NCBI GenBank assembly: GCA_943788985.1
Contig: CALSSJ010000002.1
Span: forward strand, 81,001 to 145,000
Length of the DNA stretch: 64,000 bases
From: an uncultured Lentisphaerales bacterium
GTDB lineage: Bacteria; Verrucomicrobiota; Lentisphaeria; JABSQK01; UBA12247
Reading direction: 5' to 3'
In this document: positions 30,901-42,390 of the stretch, piece after piece
Position numbering within the stretch: the first letter of the stretch is position 1
How the letters are laid out: each line of letters starts with the position of its first letter
Notes under the pieces: model-generated
Seen by the model: only the letters and a program-made list of their open reading frames with translations
The model's database searches: none
Told to the model about the DNA's origin: nothing
Position numbers and translations under genes: made by a program

Positions 30901-33295
30901 CGACCACTTCGCGCTCCACCGGCTGCGGGGCCTCGGGCTCTGCGACCGCCGCACTCTCGGTGGTTGCGATCTCGGCACTCACCTCCTGCTCGACGATCTC
31001 TTCGCCGGCGGTGACCGTCATGATGGTCACGATTTCCTCGGTCGGCTCTTCGCGGGGCGAGGATTTAGGCAGCACGACAAACAGGAGTAATGCATGCACT
31101 GCCACGGAGGCCAGCACGAAGCGCGCGCGTTCATTGCCGCGAACCGCATGGATTAGCAGCGCGAGCAGGGCCAGAACGATCAGCAGCCAGGCCAGCCACC
31201 AGAGTACGTTCCAGCCGCTGTCTGCGGCCTTGGCCTCCGCCAGCGGCGGCGCGGCTACGCGTGTTTGCCGCGAGACCTCGACCGAGAGCGGAACACGCAC
31301 TGGCATCAGTCCATCTGCCTGGGCGACAATCTCGGTCGCCAGCTGTTCGCTCGGCAACGGGCGTTCCAAGCGCCAGACAAACGGCGTGGTCTGCCAATCT
31401 GCTGTTGTGGCTAGGCTGGCGGTCTCGAACTCCAGGCCTGCGGCCGGAGAGCGAAGCGACGCCGCGGCGGCTCCCTCCGGATCTAGTCGCAGCTCGGCGA
31501 TGCCCGCGACCCGCACTTCGTGTTCGCCCTCGGCCACTGTGACCGCACTTAGCCGCAGCAGAAGTTGCGGAGTTCGCACTTCGCCGTGAAACGGAACCTG
31601 CCAGGATTTTCCCGCGAAGTTGATCGATACCGTCCCTTCAAATGGCCCGGCCTCGGTCTGCTCGGTGGCGGCAATGAGGGAGAGCCGGCTCGTGGCAGTG
31701 CCCGCCAGATCGCCCTCCGCGCGCACCGTCACGTGCGGCGGGGGCTGGATGGAGAGCGTGGCCGCGTCGCCTGCGCTACCTCCGTACAACTGAATCTCGA
31801 GGTCTGCCTTTTGTGGCACGCCCGCGTAAAGCGGGGCGAAGGTGACCACCTTGGGCTCGGCCAGCATGCTCGCTTCCAAACCGGCTGCGGTGGCATCGAG
31901 CGCCAGCTTTGCCGGCGCAATGTCGCCAGCGACCGCTCGCTCGGCCAGCCGGGCCGGGCGGAAACTGCGGGCTCTGGGCCCGCCGCTCGCTGCTGCCGGC
32001 CCTGTTACGACCGGGCGCACTGCACCTTGCAGCGAGATTAGATCGGTTCGCACCAGCGGTTGGTCGTCCAAGGCTGCTTTTGCGGAGAGCGCAAACCGCT
32101 GCATACGGGCCTGCTGCGTGGGCGAGAAGCGCATCAGGCCAGGGACGGGCGTAGGGAGTGGGGGCAACGTGGAGTCGTGGGATAGTGCCGTCGCCACGAT
32201 GGTGGCCGTGCCGTCGAAATCACCGCGCAGCCAGGCGCAGAAGCCATCGGCCAGCGTGACCACCCGCAGCGTGATATCGGTGGAGGCAATGAGTTCGTAG
32301 GTTGGGGCCTCGCCCAGCCCTGGTGAGAGCGTGTTGCGGCCGCGTTGAAATGTGGTGAGATTCTCAGCACCATTGAGTCGCGGGGCACCGCCGCTGACCT
32401 GCAGCAGCGGCTGGCGCATACTGTCGTCGAGCCACAGTTCCGTCTCTGCCGCGAGGAAGCCGCGTGCTGCGACTTGGCGGCGATCGATGCGATGAAAAAC
32501 ATCCCGAAACAGCGCGGGCAAGGCGTCGGCATCGGGTGCCTGCACATGCATGCCGCCGGTCTTTTTCGCAATCCGGGCCATCAGCGATTGGTCGACTTCT
32601 GCGCTTAGGCCGATGGTGAATACCGGGGTCTCGCGCAGGCTCTCGTGGGCCTCGCGGTAGGCGCGATGGGGGCGCCCGTCTGAGAACAGCAGAATTGCCC
32701 GGCGGTTGCCGGTTTCCAGGCCGTCGAGCATGCGCGCTGCCGCGGCAAGCGGCAGGTCGAAGTCGGTCGAGCCGCGTGGGCGGAGCGCCCGCACCATGCT
32801 CGCGACATCTGGGCAGTCCTGCGGCGCTACCGGCACTTGGATGACTTCTGGCTCATCGCGAAAGCTCACCACCCCGACGTGCTGGATCCGGCGGCTCTGC
32901 CGCGCCAGGTCCAGGAACTCCTGCAGCGCCCGCAGTCTTGCGTTGTCGGGGTCGTGCTTGCGCATGCTGTGTGAGCTGTCGATGAGAGCGACCAAGTCAT
33001 AGCGTTCTTTGCGAAACTCGTGCTCTGCTGTTATTGGCACGGATTTCCCGGCGGCCAGCAGCGAGACTGGGAAGGTCCCAGATTTGCGGAGTTCGCAACG
33101 CGCTACGATCAAGCGGCGGCCGTTACGCTCGCTCAGGATCGCTGCTGGAAAGCGTTGAGGCAGCTCAGAGCCGACGATCAACTCGCCAGCCTCGAGGGCG
33201 GCCACGGCGGCGGGTGCCTGGGCTTCGAACCAGAAGGTTTCGCTGGCTGAGACCGTGGCCACTAACAGTACGGTAAGGAGAATGCGCATATTCAT
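27985..33295 (-). CDS. Giant vWA / 2 TM / Ala-rich repeat / DUF4159 protein, split by a 1-nt insertion near 30177
   Basis: ORF 30008-33295: signal peptide, MIDAS LIDSSHSM, GSTDF, LFSDG, TM pair. ORF 27985-30573: LEYGGDWD, PFLFMSGH, YLAQGGCLWINDS, QMGINIV (DUF4159-like). The same repeat continues across the two frames. Confidence 0.75.
29350..30345 (-). repeat. Intragenic tandem repeat, about 5 copies of 201 bp (67 aa)
   Basis: Anchor GTGCGAACTCCGCAA at 29463, 29664, 29865, 30066 and 30268 (periods 201, 201, 201, 202). Confidence 0.92.
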
Positions 33296-33705
33296 GCGTA
33301 GTGTACGGTGGCCGGTCTATAACGCGATTGCGATAACTGCTGGGTATACACTGTCGCCAAGCCGCAGGCATCCTTCCCCGCGGATTCGCAATCACGCAGA
33401 GAGGAGCGGAGCACAGCAATGGTGAACACGGTCGGGGAGGCAGCACAGAATATGGCGTGGGGGGAGCTTGGAAAGGTTCTCGCCCCTGGCAGCCTGCGAC
33501 CGCCATTTTCCCCGCACTTTCGGGGCACGATTGGGGCAATTCTGACAACAATGGAATCTGTCTGAAAACTTGCCTCACTTATCCGTCAGGATACGGCGCA
33601 TCCGGGCTTTCTGTTTTCTATCCCAAATTTTTCCCTTGTCCTTGCCCAGATCTATGGTAATCGTGTAGCACGCGCAGGGGAAGAAATCAGGTAGGTTGAA
33701 GACTA

Positions 33706-34482
33706 ATGAACGCAGAAAGCCGGTTTTGCTCGCGAAGATTCACGCTGATCGAGTTGCTTGTTGTCATCGCAATTATCGCTATTTTGGCGAGTCTGCTGTT
33801 GCCAGCGATGGCCAAGAGCCGCGAGAAAGCGCGGTTGGCCTCTTGTACCAATAACATCCGCCAGATTGGCCTGGGCACGATGATGTACTCCTCCGAGCAT
33901 AATGAATGGTTTATGACCAACGATGACAGCTCCGGCACGGGATCTTGGGATTATAAGCTCTCGGACTACGATGGGCGGGGCACGCTGCCTTCAAGGGGAG
34001 AGACTTTGCCCGCTGATGGCGCCTACAGTGGAATCTACAGCTGTCCATCTGATGGTTTTATACCGACGGCGACCACCCAATACAACCGCTCCTATTCAGT
34101 GAACCTCTATCGAGAGAATGCCGCCGCCTACCAAGGAATGATTGGCAGCGCATCGATTAGCAGCCCTACGCAATCCCGCGCGGTCAGCGAGGTCCTCCAA
34201 CCCTCCGACGTGATGTTCTTTGCAGACTACCATCAAGTCAATAATAAAATCAACACCAACGATGACTTCAGCGGTTTGTCCTGGGATCAACTCAACCCCG
34301 CCAGCGGTTCGGCTTCATCCGCAAGCAACAAGTTCTTTCCACACAAACCGGCTCATTGCAATGTTCTGCTTGTGGACGGGCATGCCGACCTAATCGATCG
34401 CGGAACTCTCACGGTTAGCCAATCTAGCGGGCTTTTTGAATCAAGGCCAAATAACACAATGATGGACGCCGATGCGCCATAA
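33706..34482 (+). CDS. Prepilin-type N-terminal cleavage/methylation protein with H-X9-DG-like C-terminal motif
   Basis: [32 protein letters not shown]...[21 protein letters not shown]. Confidence 0.93.
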   Translation: MNAESRFCSRRFTLIELLVVIAIIAILASLLLPAMAKSREKARLASCTNNIRQIGLGTMMYSSEHNEWFMTNDDSSGTGSWDYKLSDYDGRGTLPSRGETLPADGAYSGIYSCPSDGFIPTATTQYNRSYSVNLYRENAAAYQGMIGSASISSPTQSRAVSEVLQPSDVMFFADYHQVNNKINTNDDFSGLSWDQLNPASGSASSASNKFFPHKPAHCNVLLVDGHADLIDRGTLTVSQSSGLFESRPNNTMMDADAP

Positions 34483-34539
34483 CTAGCCGCTGCCCCCAAG
34501 TGATTCTGCACGGTTAGTTGCCGTGTCAGAAAACTCAAA

Positions 34540-34977
34540 TCAGCCGCAGGTGAGGACCAGACGCTCATAGACGGTCTGGCCGCCGTGGTGGAGGCAATCG
34601 TGGCTCAGGGCGCAGCCGTGATCATTGGCGATCTGGATGCGTATCCCAGTGGTTGCGGAGTCCGCAAGCCAGGGTGCTATCTCGCGCTCGAAGAGGGCGC
34701 GGAGGGTGCCGGACAGGCCTTTAAGGAGGCGGTGCGGAGTTCGCAAATCCGGCAGTAGGTCACTGAGCGATTGGGCTTCGCCGCCGGGGATGTGGTGGTA
34801 GGCAATGCCATGCGTGGCATAGAATTCGGTCGGGTCCTGATCGGTCCCGAGGCGCTGACCCAGGCCGGCGGTGGTTGCGGTGGGCCCTGGCAGGCGGGCA
34901 ATGCGCAGCTCGCCGGGAGGTAGATCAGTGATCGCGAGCCAGACGTCTACGGGCACAGCATTGAGGATCAGCAGCAC
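34540..34977 (-). CDS. Hypothetical protein
   Basis: 145-aa ORF filling the gap with plausible composition; no recognisable motif. Confidence 0.45.
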   Translation of the reverse strand: MLLILNAVPVDVWLAITDLPPGELRIARLPGPTATTAGLGQRLGTDQDPTEFYATHGIAYHHIPGGEAQSLSDLLPDLRTPHRLLKGLSGTLRALFEREIAPWLADSATTGIRIQIANDHGCALSHDCLHHGGQTVYERLVLTCG

Positions 34978-35021
34978 ATCTGCGGAGGTTCTTCGTTATT
35001 CTTGTTGAGCATGTGCCGGAC

Positions 35022-35292
35022 ATGACAAACGCAGCATGCCGAATGGCAACGAAGTCAATGGGGCTGTCGTGCTTTGCATTGCTGCTGGCCTGGCCGAGCC
35101 TGTACGCTGAGGCAGGTGTACAGCAAGACGCGGACTAAAGCCATGGCTTTATGACCCAGTTGTTTGTGATGTTCGCAGTCTGGGATCATCAGTCACGCCC
35201 GGTGTCAGGGGCGGGGCACTGGTGGGCTTTGTCCGCGGCGTTGGTCGGGGCAGGGCTGATCGTGCTGGGCAATTGGTATGCCATCGCGCAGC
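35022..35292 (+). pseudogene. Exosortase 5' remnant (copy 1)
   Basis: Diverged copy of 38942-39093 with indels and a stop; SHGFM..LF..FAVWD...WWAL pattern. Confidence 0.6.
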
Positions 35293-35303
35293 GATCTCTC
35301 GGC

Positions 35304-38300
35304 CTATTGCTGTTTCAGAATCCAGGTTGAATTCGTTCGCCCATCAAGTGGTACGTTGTAGGTCATGCGGTAGGTGTTGGTGGTGAGATCGTGGTCGGTC
35401 TGCCAAAAGTCGTTGCCACGTACAGACTGGTCGAGCTTGGTCTCGCCGTTAGCGGCCTTGTCATACAGTGCGTAGCCGTCGGGCGACGCTAGCCCTTCGA
35501 ACTGAATGGGAACATAGCCGATACCACCCGTGATGGTAACCTGCACGATGTCTGCGGTCGCCCGCACCATGATCGGGAACTGCTGAAGGAGTTCGCCGCC
35601 GACCACGTCGATGTCCAGATTGTTTCCGCTGACTTCCCGATAGGTGGTCCGCCACGATTGCGGATGCTGCGCGAGATGTTCGCGATAGGCCTCGTTGGAG
35701 CCGCCGTAGCGGTCGGCATTGCGGTGTAGATGGAGCCATTGGGTATCGAGCAGTACGCGGTCCCCGGGCTGGTAGCTCTTAACGACCGGAGGCGGTACGA
35801 GGAGCGTTTCGAGCGTGGCTTCGTTGCCATTCCGCTTCTCGATTTTGACCTGGAAGTGGGGATTGGGATAGTCCGTGCTGCCGAAAGTGGCGTGGTAGTC
35901 CCGTATGACCCAGGAGATGTAGCCGATAGCCCAATCGCGTCCCGCCATGTCGGCGTCCCGCCGGGTTCGTCCCGGGAAGGCTACCCACCATGGGCCGGGG
36001 CCGGTGATTTCCGTAGGTGGAATTAGCAGGTCGCCTCTCTTAGTCTTCCCTTCGATGCGTTTCTCGGCGATCAGGCCATTGGCATTGCCGTAGGCGACGG
36101 TGGTGTCGAAGCAATCGGCGTGCTTTTTCATCAGATACGAGTTTTTCGTGCTGACTTTCTGTTGAAACTGGTACTCGAGTTTCTGGAAGGTGCGGGCGTA
36201 GTCGTTGGTGCGCGGGGTCTGAACGCGGGCGCTGAGCAGGGCTTTTCCGTCGGCCCCATAGGTGCCTTGGTAGAGTACGTCGGTGAGACATGGGCCGTGT
36301 GAGAGGTAGGCGGCTTTCATGCCAGCGTTAGGGATCTTATGGTTCCCGTGATAGAGGCCGAGCCAATCGCCGCCCCAGCCGACATCGGACCAGGTCCATG
36401 GATTGCCGTCTTTACCATTCCGAGCCAATGGCAGGCGGATGTCACAAACCGCGACCTCTGTCGGACTCATGTCGATATCAAAGGTGATGGATTCACCACC
36501 GGATGAGAGGGCCAGCTGGTCCCAGCGGCCGTTGCCGCCCCAGCCGACCAAGGAAAGCTGTGCATGACTTGCAGTGGGTAGGTTGCCGTAGAAGGTGTAC
36601 GGGACGCGCAAGCGATATCGGTTTGCGCCCTTTTTGAGTGGGAGCAGGGTGAAGGCGCGCAGGCCGTTGCCCATGGGAGGATCGTGCCAGTTCTTGCTGA
36701 GCTGTACGGGAATGCCCGATGGCGTGCCATCCGGGTGGCAGAGGATCGGGACCATGGCGGTGTCGTTTGCCGATTCATACATGCGCAGGAGAAACGGGAG
36801 GGGGCGGGTCGCGTCGTCAGCGCAATCGAGCTGGATGTTGAATTCGTCGTAGTTTGTGATCTTGATGTAGCCAACCTCGAAGCGGCGCTCAAGATCTATG
36901 ATGTCCGCGACATAGCAGTTTGAGGTGGCATCGAATCGAATGGGAAAGGTCTGGCCGCCCGGGGTGGTGACGGTCCCAGAAACCTGGCGGTCGCTGGCAC
37001 AGCTGGCGTCGAGATCACAAGTAAGGGTGAGCTGCTTGGGCTGCCCAGCCTCCCAGGCACCGTCAATGGGCTGGGATGCCTTCCATTCACGCTCGGCCGT
37101 CTTGAAACGCAGGTTTACCTGGGCGTTGGTCCATGATGGCACCTTGAACTCAGCGCCGCTGTCGAAGTTTCTTTCGAAGAGAAGCCCCTGCTTGTCGGGA
37201 ATTATGCCGGGGGCGCGGAGATGGGCTTTCAGCTCGTCCTGCGAGAGTACCCGGTTCCAGATACGGAGCTGATCATACAGCCCGTGAATGACCGCCAGCT
37301 CGCCATCGGCACGCTGCCCTATGCGCAGGGCGCCGGTGCCTGGGGTGCGTGGTGCGCCCAGCTTCTTGGAGCCATGACGTTCGCCATCCACATAAAACTC
37401 CATCGTTGTGCCGTCATAGGCAATGGCGTAGTGATACCAGCGGCCGGGCTTAAGCGGGCCGTATTGGGGAATTCGAACTTGGTTCAGCTGGCCGCCAGCG
37501 TTGTTCATGACAGCGGCCACCATTCCGTTGTTATACACGAGCCCGAAGTTTCCCTGGCCCCATTCATTGTCATTTTTGCAGAGCATCCAGCCGTTCATAT
37601 TGCGCTCCAGACCCTTCGGCATTTGCATCCAGATCTCAGCGGTGAACGTGGCTGGATCCAGTTCGGGGCTGTGTGGAATCTGCAACGGGGTGTTGATGAT
37701 GCAGTGGCCGTTCCCGCTGGCGCCCCGATCTGGCCCATCTGCGAACTGTAACGCGGGCTCAAGTTCCGTGGTCAGAGTCAGACTCCCGGGCCAGGCGACG
37801 AGGTCGAGCTTGCCAAAGCAGGCGAATTGCTTGCCTGTCTCATCGGTAAAAACGAGATCGTGAACGATGTAGTGCTGGGCGAAGCGACCAGACCACCAGA
37901 GGTTTGCGTTTTTGAGGCGCTGCACGTCTGTATCCACACCAGCGCGGCAGGTCGTCGCCTGGTAGGTCTTGCCATCGACAACGAGCTCGATCGCTAGCTC
38001 GGCTGGTTGTAGCGTGTCGATGCGCGCCCTACCGGCGTTCAGAGCTCCGACGTAGTCGACGCGATCATTGAATAGGCCAAAGCGCGGGGCTGGTCAGGTC
38101 GTCCATATCCAGCAGGAAGCCGTAGTGTCCGGTCTCGAAGCACAACACGTCTGGGGAGGTGTCTTTCGGGGTCTTTCGCCAGCCATTGGGCCAATAACCA
38201 TAGGAGAACCGACGGGCAGGTTCGGGGAGTACTGTGGTCGCAGCAGCAGTAGCCTCGTTGACCGTCTCGGTTGCTTCGGGGGCTTGGGCAAGGCATTCTG

Positions 38301-38358
38301 CGGACACAATGAGTGCCACCAGGGACAACCAAGTCGCAAAGGTTCGAATTCTATTCAT
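35304..38358 (-). CDS. Large exported LamG-like jellyroll protein, split by a +1 frameshift near 38087
   Basis: Signal-peptide ORF 38065-38358 joins ORF 35304-37937 if one G of GGGG (38086-38089) is removed; WYHYAIAYDG..FYVDG and YDQLRIWNRVLS LamG motifs. Confidence 0.75.
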
Positions 38359-38941
38359 GTGAGATCTCTTATGCCTTCCTAAAAAGGGCTACTGATTACC
38401 AGTCTTCGTCGGAAACTCGAGAAATTTGGCGGCGCTTCGTTTCGTTTTCCGGCCTCAACCATACTGGGTAACGTGCGCACACCTGCTGCCGTGATGGGAG
38501 TAGTTCACTCGTTTTTCGTCGCCTCCAGCAAGCCTTTCTGCTCCAGGAACTGGCCTATTTCATGCGTGATGGCGTCAAGATGTAGACCGGAGCCAAAGCC
38601 CTCCTTGATCTAGTTTCGCAATGGAATCCCGGATATTTTGAGCGCTGCGACAAAGCTCTGGCCGTTGCGCTCTTCGCGTCTCGATTCCGGCTTGTCGGTG
38701 TAGGCGGCTTCGTCCAGCAGCCCAGACGACGTGGCACGTCACGACTTACCGTTCTTTCCCAACCCGAAAACCAAAACCATCGCAATCAAATGCAACTTAT
38801 TTCGCCGTCGCATCAGTAGGCCGGGAAGGTCCCGTATTGGCGGAGTTCGCACCGCGATGGGGACGATGTCTTGCGTCGCCGCCTTGAGCGCCTCCACGCA
38901 TGCGCACCCTACTACCTCCCCTTCTTGAGCATGGTTCGGAC

Positions 38942-39259
38942 ATGACAAACGCAGCACGCCGATTGGCAACGAAGACAATAGGGCTGTCGTGCTGTGCATT
39001 GCTGCTGGCGTGGCCAAGCCTGTACGCGCTGGGGCAGTTGTACAGCGAGAGCGCGGACTGCAGCCATGGCTTTATGATCCCGCTGTTCGCGATCCCGCTG
39101 CTAATGCTATTGGTGGGGGTGCTCACCCGGGCGCTGCGTGCCTTGGTTTCGACAATGGCGGAGCCGCTAATTCGGCTATGCGGGATCAGCATTTTTCGCG
39201 AGGTAAATGTGATGCATCTGGCGAATATGTCGCTGGGAGTGGACGATGCCTGCAGCTGA
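38942..39259 (+). pseudogene. Exosortase pseudogene (copy 2, internally deleted)
   Basis: DCSHGFMIP joined directly to LFAIPL...GISIFREVNVMHL..LGVDDACS, then TGA where the ACSG glycine is expected. Confidence 0.75.
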
Positions 39260-39389
39260 GGCGCTGGATGAATCGCTCGAGCTGCACGGGCTGCCGATGT
39301 TTGGTTCGTTTCGTCAAGGAGGAATGCTCGCCGACGACTATGGTGGGTAGATCGCGTGATACCTCGCTATTTTAGGGTGAATTGAAAGT

Positions 39390-39944
39390 ATGGAACAATT
39401 TATAACGCTCATGTTTGCTGGCGGTCTGGCTGCTTGGTTACTTCCTGGCTGCGGGCAACCTGCGGAGCCGGCTGCTACGAGCGAGGCGGGAAAAGCACCT
39501 GCCGCGACTGCTTTGCCCTATCACCAGGTGATCGAAGCGGAGTCCGCAACGGTGGCTGATGGCGATTTTGCGGAATTCGCAACCCCTGGGGCATCGGCTG
39601 GCGCTTGTCTGCGGATTGCGCCGAGTGCGGAGAAAAAGGCGTTTGGCGGATCTGCGGAGTTCGCAATTGAGCTGCCGAAGGCGCAGCAGGTGAGTATCTG
39701 GTTTCGGACGAGGTGGGGTGGGACGTGTGCGAATTCGTTCGAGCTGGTGGCACCGGCCGGGCCGCTGCAGTTGATTGGGGAGGATGGAACTTATGGGGCT
39801 TGGCACTGGGTCAAAGGATCGCGGCTGCCGCTGGCGGCTGGAAAGAATGTGTTTGTAATGAAACCGCGGGAGCCGGATGTGCAGATTGATCAGATCGTGG
39901 TGACCGCCGATGAGGGCTTTGTACCGATGGGAGTGGAGCAATGA
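39390..39944 (+). CDS. Lipoprotein with a carbohydrate-binding-module-like beta-sandwich
   Basis: Lipobox LPGC; IEAES...WHWV...LAAGKN...REPDVQIDQIVVT. Confidence 0.7.
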   Translation: MEQFITLMFAGGLAAWLLPGCGQPAEPAATSEAGKAPAATALPYHQVIEAESATVADGDFAEFATPGASAGACLRIAPSAEKKAFGGSAEFAIELPKAQQVSIWFRTRWGGTCANSFELVAPAGPLQLIGEDGTYGAWHWVKGSRLPLAAGKNVFVMKPREPDVQIDQIVVTADEGFVPMGVEQ

Positions 39945-40657
39945 CAGTACACCGAGACTTGTGCCTGAGCAGTTGGTACATGACGCTCGGGGCGTACACG
40001 TTTCCGACGGTGTTCGTGCCGTTGCCAAATGACGCGCGGGCGGCTTTAGCCGTCGGCACCAACGAAGGCTTGGAAGTGATCGACATGAAACACCGGCTGC
40101 AACGCGCACTGCGGATGCTGCCGGGCAGTGGCTTTGTGCATGCAGACGGCTGCGCACCGACGGACTCGCCGGTGTTTCAGCGCGATAATGGCGCGGTGAG
40201 CACGGGAGATGGGGCCTGGCAGATGCTGATTTCCAGCACTAAGGCGCGGGCAGCCGCAGAGAGCGGGGAGACCGAGCGCCTAGCTATGCATAGCTACCGA
40301 CGCATGGAGCCAGCACGGGAGTTTCGGCTGTTTATTCATCATCGCCGGCCGGTGGCGATGTCACAGCGAAATTTGGACCGCTACTACGCGAGCTTGGCGA
40401 AACGCCGGAATGATTATTGGCGGCAGGCGAGGGATTTTGCTTTGGATATCAGCCACCTGTGGCCGCGCGAGCACTTGGTGGCGGATGTCTATCTCACATC
40501 GAGCGGTGACTTCATTATTCTGGACCTGAACCCATGGGGGGCAGAGACGGATCCGCTGCTGTTGCTGGACTGGGATCGGGACTGGTCTGAGGACCTGGGC
40601 TTGAAGATTGTGCCAAGACCAGTCAAGTTTACGGGGAACATTCAAGTATCATTCTGA
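39941..40657 (+). CDS. Cdc123/D123-like ATP-grasp protein
   Basis: SSWY...TFPTVFVPLP, APTD, LISS, EFRLFI, MSQR..RYY, ADVY and LDLNPWG..TDPLL, colinear with Cdc123 motifs. Confidence 0.72.
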   Translation: MTVHRDLCLSSWYMTLGAYTFPTVFVPLPNDARAALAVGTNEGLEVIDMKHRLQRALRMLPGSGFVHADGCAPTDSPVFQRDNGAVSTGDGAWQMLISSTKARAAAESGETERLAMHSYRRMEPAREFRLFIHHRRPVAMSQRNLDRYYASLAKRRNDYWRQARDFALDISHLWPREHLVADVYLTSSGDFIILDLNPWGAETDPLLLLDWDRDWSEDLGLKIVPRPVKFTGNIQVSF

Positions 40658-40722
40658 TGAAAGACCGCCGAGGTTGTCGCTTCAGATGCGACGGTACACG
40701 CCCCAGCAGTAAGAGGTCCCCG

Positions 40723-41079
40723 ATGAGCGAGACAAACCAGACACAGAACAAGAAACGCGAACAGAGTTGGGCAGATAAGCTTGGGCCCGGCGCGATCTGG
40801 GCGGCGGTGACCGACATCCCCAGATTCATGACTAGCAAGCACGTCGAAACGAGTAAGAAGCTTGCACTGATCCTGTCTGTCATCTACCTGTTGTCTCCGG
40901 TCGATGTGTTGCCGGAGCTTTTTGCGCCGTTTATTGGCTGGATTGATGACGTGGCGTTGGGCGCGTGGATTCTTGGGATGGTCCAGGCGGCGCGGGTACG
41001 CGAAATTGAAGAAGATAACTCGCCTGCTGGATCGGACCCTGAGAAGGTGATCGATGTAGAGGCACAACCGGTTCTATGA
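40723..41079 (+). CDS. DUF1232 (YkvA) membrane protein
   Basis: YLLSPVDVLPE..PFIGWIDD motif; start at ATG 40723 behind GAGG. Confidence 0.85.
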   Translation: MSETNQTQNKKREQSWADKLGPGAIWAAVTDIPRFMTSKHVETSKKLALILSVIYLLSPVDVLPELFAPFIGWIDDVALGAWILGMVQAARVREIEEDNSPAGSDPEKVIDVEAQPVL

Positions 41080-41106
41080 CCGGCCTAATTATGTTGAGGA
41101 TGATCT

Positions 41107-42390
41107 GTGTTTGAACTCTTGGAACGGTCCACCGAGCAGCGCCATGCACTCCTGGTGGCCGTCTGCCCCCAGCAGTCTACGGTAGAGCATGCGAACGAAA
41201 TGCTCGACGAACTTGCCGAGCTTGCCGAAACGTACGGTGCCGAGGCATCGGCACGCCGTGTGATCCGCCTGAGTAAACCTCAGGCGAGGTACCTGATCGG
41301 CTCCGGAAATGCGGATTCGATCGTGGAGCAATGTCGAGAGCAGAAACTCGATATGATCATTTTTGACGACGAGCTCTCGCCGTCCCAGCAGCGAAACTGG
41401 GAGAAGTTGGCCGAGATCCCGGTGGTCGATCGCCACGAGGTTATTCTGGGAATTTTTGGTCGCCGGGCTCGGACGCGCGAGGCCAAGCTGCAGGTTCAGC
41501 TGGCCCAGTCCGAGTACTCTCTGCCACGCTTGAAAAATGCCTGGACACATTTGTCCCGTCAGCAGGGCGGTGTGGGGATTCGCGGCGGCGAAGGTGAGAA
41601 GCAGATCGAGCTGGACGGGAGAATGGTCAGGCATCGCATTACGCATCTCAAGCGGGAGCTGGAGGAGCTGAAGAAGCATCGCGCAGAGCAACGCAAGAAG
41701 CGCACGCAGCAACCGATTCCCTCGGCAGCAATTGTTGGCTACACGAATGCGGGAAAATCTTCGCTGTTGAACAAGCTGACGCAGGCGGATGCTTTTGTCG
41801 AGAATAAGCTGTTCGCGACGCTGGACCCGACGACGCGGCGGCTCGCCCTGCCGAATAATCAGACGTTGCTGTTGACGGACACGGTCGGATTCATCCGCAA
41901 GCTGCCGCATGACTTGGTCGAATCGTTTAAGTCGACGCTGGAGTCTGCAGCTGATGCAGAATTTCTGATTCACGTGGTGGATATCACCAGTGCGCATGCC
42001 GAAGACCACATCCGGACGACGGAAGAGGTGCTCGAGGAGATTGGCGCGGGTGAGCACTACCGGGTGCTGGTCTTCAACAAGGTGGATGCGATCGAGGATG
42101 AGTTTCTGCTGTCGCGCTTTCGTCGGCGTCATCCGGAGGCGTTCTTCATCTCGGTGCATGCGGGGGATGGGCTGGAGGTGCTGGTGGAAGAGCTGGCAGA
42201 GGTGTTGGCCCAGAAGATGGGGACCATGGAATTGCGGATTCCGCAAGCGCGCTACGACGTCGTGGCCTCGGTGCATCGCACAAGCCAGGTGCTGAAGGAA
42301 ACGTATGACGACGATGGCACGGTGCTGCTCGAAGCCGTGGTGCCGGATCGAAGTCGCTACGAATATGCGGAGTTCGTGGCCGGTGACTGA
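41107..42390 (+). CDS. hflX: Ribosome-splitting GTPase HflX
   Basis: GYTNAGKSS, LFATLDPT, DTVGFI and NKVD motifs. Confidence 0.96.
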   Translation: MFELLERSTEQRHALLVAVCPQQSTVEHANEMLDELAELAETYGAEASARRVIRLSKPQARYLIGSGNADSIVEQCREQKLDMIIFDDELSPSQQRNWEKLAEIPVVDRHEVILGIFGRRARTREAKLQVQLAQSEYSLPRLKNAWTHLSRQQGGVGIRGGEGEKQIELDGRMVRHRITHLKRELEELKKHRAEQRKKRTQQPIPSAAIVGYTNAGKSSLLNKLTQADAFVENKLFATLDPTTRRLALPNNQTLLLTDTVGFIRKLPHDLVESFKSTLESAADAEFLIHVVDITSAHAEDHIRTTEEVLEEIGAGEHYRVLVFNKVDAIEDEFLLSRFRRRHPEAFFISVHAGDGLEVLVEELAEVLAQKMGTMELRIPQARYDVVASVHRTSQVLKETYDDDGTVLLEAVVPDRSRYEYAEFVAGD

